Below are positions 57,732 to 64,000 of a stretch of DNA of 64,000 nt, piece after piece. The stretch covers positions 6,023 through 70,022 of the forward strand of contig DAIOLC010000001.1 in NCBI GenBank assembly GCA_036756425.1, given 5' to 3'. Positions within the stretch are counted from its first letter, which is position 1, and the number at the start of each line of letters is the position of its first letter. This DNA comes from Clostridia bacterium (GTDB taxonomy: Bacteria; Bacillota; Clostridia; Christensenellales; Aristaeellaceae). The notes beneath the pieces are model-generated. The model was not told where the DNA came from. It saw only the letters and a program-made list of their open reading frames with translations, and did no database searches. Both the position numbers and the translations under genes were made by a program.

Positions 57732-58880
57732 TCACGCCCTCCGGTATTTCATCGTGCCCCGCACATAGGTCGCCCGCGCGTTCCACTCATTGTCAAACAG
57801 CGCGATATCCGCGTCCCGGCCTTCCTCGAAGCTGCCCTTGCGGTCGGATACGCCGATGGCGCCCGCCGCGCTCTGCGTCGCGTGGGAGACGGCCTGGGCG
57901 TCCGAAAGGCCTGCCTTGTCCCGCAGGTTCCGGACCGCCTGGTTGAGCCTGAGCACGCTGCCGGCGATGGTGCCGTCCTCCAGCCGGCATTCGATGCCTT
58001 TTACAAAGATGGGCTGGCCGCCCAGGGTGTATTCCCCGTCGCCCAGGCCGCCCGCGCGGGTGCAGTCGGTCACCAGCACCAGGCGGCCGCCCTTGGTTCC
58101 CGCGAGCAGGGCGAACAGGCCGGGATGGACGTGGAAGGCGTCGGCGATCAGCTCCGTATAAACCGGGGACGCGAGGGCGGCGCCCACGACGCCCGGCTCC
58201 CGGTGGTTCAGCCCGCTCATGGCGTTGAACAGATGGGTGACATAGGAGGCGCCCGCCGCAATCGCGTCCATTGCCTGGGCGAAGGTGGCGTCGGTGTGGC
58301 CGATGGAGACGACGATGGGGGAAGAGGACGTGACCTCCCGGATGAACGCCAGCCCGCCCGGCATTTCCGGCGCCATGGTGACGATTCTGACGACGTCCCG
58401 GTGCTCCAGCAGCCGCTTCGCGTCCGGCGGCAGGATGTCCCGCGCGGCCTGGGCGCCCTTGCGCCTGGGGTTGATGAAGGGGCCTTCCGCGTGGGTGCCC
58501 AGGATTTCGCTGCCGGGGAAGCCCGCTTCCCGGCTTTGCGGCATGAGCGTGCGGACTGCTACGAAGGCCTGCTCGATTTCCGGCCAGGAGACGGTCATGG
58601 TGGTCGGCAGGAAGGAGGTGACGCCGTTTTCCAGCAAGCCCGCCGCGATGCGCCGGATGCCCTCCACGCTGCCGTCGGAGGTATCCTCGCCCGCGTACCC
58701 GTGGATGTGCAGGTCGATTAGCCCCGGGGACACCATCAGGCCGTCCGCGTCCAGCCGCTCGCAGCCTTCGGGCAGGTCCGGCTCCGGGACGACGCCCCGG
58801 ATTGTTTCCTCAAACAGCAAGGCCATTCCCTTCAGCGCCTCGCCCCGGTGCAGGATGGTTCCCTTGACCAACGCCTTCAT
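57732..58880 (-). CDS. nagA: N-acetylglucosamine-6-phosphate deacetylase
   Basis: GLIDLHIHGYAG, HLFNAMS, and the VTD...GG motifs of the NagA amidohydrolase family. Confidence 0.9.
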   Translation of the reverse strand: MKALVKGTILHRGEALKGMALLFEETIRGVVPEPDLPEGCERLDADGLMVSPGLIDLHIHGYAGEDTSDGSVEGIRRIAAGLLENGVTSFLPTTMTVSWPEIEQAFVAVRTLMPQSREAGFPGSEILGTHAEGPFINPRRKGAQAARDILPPDAKRLLEHRDVVRIVTMAPEMPGGLAFIREVTSSSPIVVSIGHTDATFAQAMDAIAAGASYVTHLFNAMSGLNHREPGVVGAALASPVYTELIADAFHVHPGLFALLAGTKGGRLVLVTDCTRAGGLGDGEYTLGGQPIFVKGIECRLEDGTIAGSVLRLNQAVRNLRDKAGLSDAQAVSHATQSAAGAIGVSDRKGSFEEGRDADIALFDNEWNARATYVRGTMKYRRA

Positions 58881-59065
58881 ATTCGCTTCCCCGTTTCAAT
58901 GTGTTCGCCCAGCCGGATTATAACCCCGGGCACGGCATGAATCAACCGCGCCGGGCGCCGCGGTTGACAGCCGCGCACCCGGTCTTTAGTATGTAGAAAA
59001 TGGTTTCGTCGCCGGCAGCCGGTCGTCCGGCCCACAGGAAGCGGCGATGCCTTGAAAGCGGAAAG

Positions 59066-59992
59066 ATGGAAGGACAAATGGATTCAAGGCCGTCCGCGCA
59101 TGGCGGGCAGCCGTATACCGCGCGGGCGCAGCAGGCCAAATCCCGGCCGATGTTCGTCAACCTGAAGAACAGGCTGCACCTGCCGGGCGTCAACGAACTG
59201 CTGGCGCCCTGCACCGCCCACCTGACGCCTGCGCAGTACAAGCGCATGCTGGGCGCCTGGCAGCAGATGCCGCGTTACCATGTTTACGGCTTCGTCCAGT
59301 ACGGCCGGGCCATCGCGCTGGTGGCGATGGAGGAGAAGGTGACCGGCGCGGCCCGGATACTGGCGCTGTCCGTGCTGCCGCAGCACCGCGGCCGCGGGCT
59401 GGGGCGCAGGATGGTCATCGAATCCTTCTGCACGATGGACCTGGCGACGCTCAGCGCGGACACGCTGGCTGAGATGACCGGCTTTTATGAGAAGGTCCTG
59501 TTTGAAATCGGCCCGCCCCGCGAGGGAAGCTCCGGCCTGTGGGTCTATCCCTGCCTGCTTCGCCGGGAAACCCTCCACGCCGCCTACCAGCACGAGTATT
59601 CCGCCGGGGCGGTCCTCTACGGTGAAACGAGGGAGGGCCGCGTCTACGTGCTGGTGACGGAGTTGTCCGGCAACACGGGGCTTCCCAAAGGCCATGTGGA
59701 GGCGGGGGAAACCCAGGAGCAGACGGCGCTGCGGGAAATCCGCGAGGAGACGGGGCTTCACGCGGACATCCTGCCCGGGTTCGGCGGGGAAATCGTGTAT
59801 CCCCAGGGCAAGGGGATGCTCAAGCATTTCACGTATTTCCTGGCGACCTTCACAGGGGACCAGCAGCCGGTTTCGGGCAGCGACGTGGTGGTTCACGTCC
59901 TGCCCTACGACCAGGCGCTGCGCAAGCTGTCCTTCGCCGACGTGCGCGGCATCCTGCGGGACGCGGAGATTTTTCTGAATATGGGACAATAA
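59066..59992 (+). CDS. Fusion protein: GNAT-like N-terminal domain plus C-terminal NUDIX hydrolase
   Basis: GNAT-like: LSVLPQHRGRGLGRRMV. The Nudix box is GLPKGHVEAGETQEQTALREIREETGL. The start is uncertain (59000, 59066, 59078 or 59150). Confidence 0.7.
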   Translation: MEGQMDSRPSAHGGQPYTARAQQAKSRPMFVNLKNRLHLPGVNELLAPCTAHLTPAQYKRMLGAWQQMPRYHVYGFVQYGRAIALVAMEEKVTGAARILALSVLPQHRGRGLGRRMVIESFCTMDLATLSADTLAEMTGFYEKVLFEIGPPREGSSGLWVYPCLLRRETLHAAYQHEYSAGAVLYGETREGRVYVLVTELSGNTGLPKGHVEAGETQEQTALREIREETGLHADILPGFGGEIVYPQGKGMLKHFTYFLATFTGDQQPVSGSDVVVHVLPYDQALRKLSFADVRGILRDAEIFLNMGQ

Positions 59993-60090
59993 TTAGACAA
60001 ATCCTGTTGAATCCGCCGGAACCTGTTTATAATCCCTTAGCCCGCCAAAGGCGGGGGTTGGCGGATCCGCCAATGGAAAGGAGCGTAACC

Positions 60091-60399
60091 ATGTCAGGCA
60101 TTCTTCCCATCATTATCCAGTTGATTTCCGGCGCCCTGGGCGGCAACGGCGCGGGCAAGGCCATGCCGAAAATCTCCCTTGGCAACATCGGCAACACCAT
60201 CGCCGGCATCCTGGGCGGCCTGGGCGGCGGGCAGCTGCTGGGCGCCCTGGGCGTAGGCGCCGGCGCGGCGGCGGGGGCAGCCACGGGCGGCGGGCTCGAC
60301 CTGGGCGGCATCCTGGGCAGCATCCTGGGCGGCGGCGTCGGCGGCGGCCTGTTGACGGCCATCGTAGGCGCCATCAAGGGCGCAGTGTCCAAGAAGTAA
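60091..60399 (+). CDS. Small glycine-rich membrane protein
   Basis: 102 aa. The ATG at 60091 follows GGAAAGGAG. The sequence is dominated by G/A/L/I with GxxxG-type repeats and a KK tail. Confidence 0.65.
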   Translation: MSGILPIIIQLISGALGGNGAGKAMPKISLGNIGNTIAGILGGLGGGQLLGALGVGAGAAAGAATGGGLDLGGILGSILGGGVGGGLLTAIVGAIKGAVSKK

Positions 60400-60416
60400 G
60401 CCGGAACCGGGTATTG

Positions 60417-60449
60417 GCGAAAAGTGGGCGGCCAGCCGCCCACTTTCGC
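60417..60449 (+). terminator. GC hairpin after the glycine-rich gene
   Basis: GCGAAAAGTGGGCGG-ccag-CCGCCCACTTTCGC. There is no clean T-tract. Confidence 0.45.
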
Positions 60450-60480
60450 TTGTCGGAAAGGTCTGCGGACTTTTTTCGAA
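60449..60480. repeat. Copy C: hairpin-only variant of the palindromic module
   Basis: CTTGTCGGAAAGGTCTGCGGACTTTTTTCGAA, compared with TGTCGAAAAAGGTCCGCGGACCTTTTTCGA at 6057-6086. Confidence 0.65.
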
Positions 60481-60526
60481 AAGCAAAGGCGCCCCGGAGC
60501 GGGACGCCTTCAAAGTGGGCAAGGGC

Positions 60527-63500
60527 TTAGATTACGTCGGGCGGCATCTCGGGCTTGGGCCCGAAGTAGCCCTCCATCTGGGCGTCGCTCAGCTTGAACC
60601 AGTCCCTGACCTGCTCCCAGCACAGGGTGGGGCGCTTCTTGACGGTGTTTTTCATCCGGTTGACCCGGGTGTTCCAGTACCGCATGCACCCGTCCACCGT
60701 CTGGGGCTGCTCGGAGGAGATGCTCTTGAGGTTGTAGGATGCCCAGCGCTCGAAGTGCATCATCATCTCCGGCTGCAGGATGGCGTAGCATTCATCAATC
60801 TGCCGGAGCATGACCTCGGTGGTCAATTGGCGGAAAATCTCGCCGAACCTGCGCAGGAACTTATCCTGCATCTCGGCGTTTTCCATGAACTTCTTGATGA
60901 GGGTGTTGTCAATTCGCCGCCCCACGCCCGTGCCCTTGGGATGCAGGATGTTCTGGATGCCGTTGGCCCCCGAGTTGAACAGGCCGTAATCCAGGTCGAA
61001 CAGAATCCACTTCCATTTTCCGCCGGGCAGCTTGTAGTAGCGGATGTTGCCGGTATCGGTGTTGGCGAAGAAGGCCTCGAGGATTTCGTAGTCGAAGTAA
61101 TTGTCCACGTCGATGCGGTCGGTCAGGTACTTCAGGTCCTCCGGGTTGGTGCCCGGGGAAAGCGTCTTCGCCTTCTTGATCAGGTCGTTGTATTCGGCGT
61201 TGCTGCCCCAGTAGGATTTGCCGTTGGCCTCCAGGATGGTCATATCGTCCGCTTCCTCCAGCGGAACCCCTTCATGCTGGGCGACAAAGTAGCGGCTGAC
61301 CCGCTCCCTCATGTTGTAGTGACCCCAGTACTGGCCGTTGAGGTACACGATGACGGGCTTCCAGGCCTGGTGGATGACGTCGGTGTCCACCTGGTCCACC
61401 AGGCGGGACTGCACGCCGTCCGCCATCCGGGTCCAGACCGCGTCGTTGCCGCTGACGCGCAGGACGAAGGACTTGTACTGGTCGTACGGACGGTCCTCAA
61501 ACAGCGGGGCGTTGAAGTATTTGCTGCCAAAGCGCGCGCGCGCGGTCACCTTGAAGGACTTCTGCGGCATGTCCAGGGAGTACTGCCCGATGAGGCCGAA
61601 GGTGACGCCCTGGCTGAAGACCATCTGGCCGGTTGACGAGTCGAACATTTCCCCGTAGCCGGGCCGCTGGACCTTGCCGTGAATCCGGTAGGTCGGCTCC
61701 GGGTTCTCAAAGGGGATTTTTTCATACTTCAGCAGGTCGACGCCCTCGCCCGCCGCCAGGATTCCGGTTTGTTGGTTCCACAGCTCGTCCGGGTCCGTGG
61801 TCAGGCACACGACGGGCAGGGAGAAGTAGGTTTTCATGACGTATGTGGCCGTGATGACGCTGGAGGGCTGCAGGCCGCTTTGGAAGGCGCGGGCGCGCAG
61901 CACCGCCGTGTCCCGGATGGTCAGGGGCTGTGCGTAGTCCTGGCCGTTCGAAACCGTCGGGATGGAGCCGTCCAGGGTGTAGCGCACCTGGGTTCCTTCC
62001 GGCACGGAAATCGAGACCTCGACGTCCTGCTGGTACAGGCCCCCCAGGACCGAAAAGGCGGGCGTCTGCGCGAAGCCCGCGAACCCCGGGCCGTTGGCGG
62101 CCCCGGGCGTCGGCACTTCAAAAAAATAATAGTCCTCCTGCCCCTCGACCCGGCCAAAGGAGATGTCCGTCGGGATTTCCGGGGTGATGACGCGGTCCAG
62201 GATGCGCCCGTCCGGGGTGGACAGCGTGACGACCTCGCCGCCCGCGCGCTTGATGGCGTAGCTGGCCTGAAGCGCAGAGGCATCGCTGCCGGCGGTTTTG
62301 CTCTTGTTCAGCAGGATAATCTTGTATTCGCCCGGCCAGATGGCGGTTCCCTGGGGGAATTGCCATTTCCGGGGCCAGGTGATGGAGTCGGAAAGGCCCC
62401 AGCGGCTGATGTCCTGCACCTGGCCGGAGCTGTTGTAGATTTCCGCCCAGTCGCTGACCGGGTAACCTGCGGCGGCGGCGACGGAGTCGTTGCTGCTCAT
62501 CACCTCGGTGATGTATATGCCGGTGGGGTTGCTCGCGCGGAGGTACTGCTCCGCCATTTTGAAGCCCGCCGCGTTATTTGGCGCGCCGGGGGTGGGGATG
62601 GTGAAGATGGTCCATTCGCCGCTGGTCTCGTCCCGGCCAAAGCTGTGGTCCGCCGGCATGTTCTCGTAGCTGACCCGGTCCAGCAGCTGGCCCAGGCGGG
62701 TGGACAGCACCACCGTCTCCCCCTCCGCCGCCAGGGAGAAATTGGCGTGCGGGTATCCGCCGGTATTGTCCCTGTCCTTGCCGGAGCAAAACACCAGGTA
62801 ATAGCCGTTGGGGGCGATGTAGGCCCCTTCCGGGAAGACCCACTTCATCGGCCGCTGCTCGTTGTCGGACAGCGCCAGGGGGCTCAGGTCGATGGGCTGG
62901 TCGGTGTTGTTTTTCAGTTCCAGCCAGTCGCTCATCTCGCCGTCTTCATCCCTGAGGCCGCTGCGGGGGGCGGGGCAGATTTCGTTGATGACCAATTGGC
63001 CCGAGGCGATGACGTAGCTGGCCATGTAGGCGTCGTAGCCTGCCTGGGTGTTGGGATAGCCGGGGGTGAACAGCCCGCTTTTCAGGTACGTGCCGTCTTC
63101 CTGCAGCGCGTAGGTCTCGTCGGCGTTGAGCGTGGGGACGTTTTCCACCTTGTCCAGCACGTAGCCCTGGGTGTCAAACAGGTATACGGAGCAGGTGATG
63201 CTGGAGAGCTTGAACTTGGCGTGGTAGGGCAGCCCGGCCTGGTTCTGGTTGGTGTTGTCACAATAAACGACGACCCGCCCGCCGGGCTGCAGCGTGTCGG
63301 CGGGGAAAATAAACCGCGCGCGGTCCGGGCGGTTGGAGAGCGTCAGCCCCTCCAGGGGAATGGGATGGTCGGAGGCGTTGACCAGCTCGACCCAGTCGGG
63401 GAAGTTGCCGTTCTCGTCCGGGTAGGCGGACACGTTGTCCGACATGATTTCGCTGATGCGCAGCCCCTCGTACGCGCCGGTCACGGTGCCGTCCGCGCTG

Positions 63501-63643
63501 ACGTTCAGGGCTTTCCTCGTGCGCTCCGTCGGGGACACGAGCAGCACCAGCGCGATGAGCGCCAGGCAGAAAACCAGCAGGCCCAGGCGCGGCTCCCTGC
63601 GGCGGGCGCTGCGGACGGGCGGCCTGGATGAGGTTTTGGGCAT
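60527..63643 (-). CDS. Large secreted/anchored CotH-family protein with several lamin-tail-like (LTD) beta domains
   Basis: The ATG at 63643 follows GAAGGAG, and there is an N-terminal TM. Repeated segments read ISEIMSDN..DWVELVN, INEICPAP..DWLELKN and ITEVMSSN..DWAEIYN. The C-terminal CotH-like region reads FKSFVLRVSGND...YLNGQYWGHYNMRE. Confidence 0.78.
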   Translation of the reverse strand: MPKTSSRPPVRSARRREPRLGLLVFCLALIALVLLVSPTERTRKALNVSADGTVTGAYEGLRISEIMSDNVSAYPDENGNFPDWVELVNASDHPIPLEGLTLSNRPDRARFIFPADTLQPGGRVVVYCDNTNQNQAGLPYHAKFKLSSITCSVYLFDTQGYVLDKVENVPTLNADETYALQEDGTYLKSGLFTPGYPNTQAGYDAYMASYVIASGQLVINEICPAPRSGLRDEDGEMSDWLELKNNTDQPIDLSPLALSDNEQRPMKWVFPEGAYIAPNGYYLVFCSGKDRDNTGGYPHANFSLAAEGETVVLSTRLGQLLDRVSYENMPADHSFGRDETSGEWTIFTIPTPGAPNNAAGFKMAEQYLRASNPTGIYITEVMSSNDSVAAAAGYPVSDWAEIYNSSGQVQDISRWGLSDSITWPRKWQFPQGTAIWPGEYKIILLNKSKTAGSDASALQASYAIKRAGGEVVTLSTPDGRILDRVITPEIPTDISFGRVEGQEDYYFFEVPTPGAANGPGFAGFAQTPAFSVLGGLYQQDVEVSISVPEGTQVRYTLDGSIPTVSNGQDYAQPLTIRDTAVLRARAFQSGLQPSSVITATYVMKTYFSLPVVCLTTDPDELWNQQTGILAAGEGVDLLKYEKIPFENPEPTYRIHGKVQRPGYGEMFDSSTGQMVFSQGVTFGLIGQYSLDMPQKSFKVTARARFGSKYFNAPLFEDRPYDQYKSFVLRVSGNDAVWTRMADGVQSRLVDQVDTDVIHQAWKPVIVYLNGQYWGHYNMRERVSRYFVAQHEGVPLEEADDMTILEANGKSYWGSNAEYNDLIKKAKTLSPGTNPEDLKYLTDRIDVDNYFDYEILEAFFANTDTGNIRYYKLPGGKWKWILFDLDYGLFNSGANGIQNILHPKGTGVGRRIDNTLIKKFMENAEMQDKFLRRFGEIFRQLTTEVMLRQIDECYAILQPEMMMHFERWASYNLKSISSEQPQTVDGCMRYWNTRVNRMKNTVKKRPTLCWEQVRDWFKLSDAQMEGYFGPKPEMPPDVI

Positions 63644-63657
63644 TCGGGCTCCTTCGT

Positions 63658-63888
63658 TCAATACTCCCGGAGAACCAAGATGGTCACGCCGGGGTTGGGG
63701 CTGGGTTCTTCCCTTTTGACCAAGGGGTGGCGGAGGAACTCGGACCGGACCATGTCCCGGATGGCGCTTCCCTGCCGGTGCCCGTGGACGACGCGCAGAC
63801 GGTAGTCCGCCGCGGTCGCGCGCCGCAGCGCCGAGGCGACGGCGTTGCGCGCCTGGAAAAGGTTCATGCCGTGAAGGTCGATTTCCAT
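63658..63888 (-). CDS. Stand-alone Smr-domain protein
   Basis: MEIDLHGMNLFQARNAVASAL...LRVVHGHRQGSAIRDMV is the Smr LDLHG-type motif plus HG.G. Confidence 0.72.
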   Translation of the reverse strand: MEIDLHGMNLFQARNAVASALRRATAADYRLRVVHGHRQGSAIRDMVRSEFLRHPLVKREEPSPNPGVTILVLREY

Positions 63889-64000
63889 GTGCGTCCCCCC
63901 TGTGAAAACCCATGCAAAGTATAATCCAGCGGGGCGGTTGAATCAAGCCGGGAGGGCGCGGGGCCAGGCTGCGCCTTATCTTTTTTCCAGTCGCTTGAGA

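Noticed and set aside
63644-63946. An N-terminal extension of the large CotH ORF.
   Set aside because: It overlaps the Smr gene in another frame. ATG 63643 has a GAAGGAG RBS and is followed by a basic stretch plus a TM segment typical of a true N-terminus.

Overview
The window is visibly GC-rich (codon third positions are mostly G/C) and densely coding. It looks like core chromosome of a spore-forming Firmicute (Clostridia-like). That placement is an inference from GerMN and CotH genes, a CIRCE operator, and cmk-plsC-ispH/rpsA and rpsF-ssb-rpsR synteny.

I support about 60 CDS.
- Left part: efp, a Trk/Ktr K+ uptake pair, an OmpR/HK two-component pair, tandem GerMN lipoproteins, dnaX and htpG.
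- Translation block: one contiguous rpsL-rpsG-fusA-tuf-rpmG-secE-nusG-rplK-rplA run.
- Minus-strand run: a long housekeeping and cell-envelope series from ispH/rpsA up to a VanW gene.
- Right part: a desulfoferrodoxin-rubredoxin pair, dnaA with upstream DnaA boxes, rpsF-ssb-rpsR, a nagA-ROK-DMT cluster, and two CotH-family genes.

I saw no rRNA, tRNA, CRISPR array, integrase or transposase.

I found no clear-cut new multi-gene system. The observations most worth a second look are:
1. An unannotated repeat family. A 28-nt palindromic hairpin module plus a conserved block of about 130-150 nt sits directly 3' of terminator stems at 6.05 kb and 29.7-30.0 kb, with a hairpin-only copy at 60.45 kb. 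One copy is bracketed by an exact 25-nt duplication.
2. A dnaA locus stripped of its usual neighbours (no dnaN, no rpmH/rnpA). It is followed by a conspicuously AT-rich island of about 1 kb, and ribosomal operons on both sides are transcribed toward it.
3. A GuaA paralogue whose glutaminase catalytic residues appear lost, next to a tandem-GNAT gene.
4. A TetR gene whose HTH region has no canonical in-frame start next to a G6 run.
5. A perfect CIRCE operator in front of htpG.

Many long ORFs in the supplied track are antisense or out-of-frame artefacts of the high GC content and were not called.
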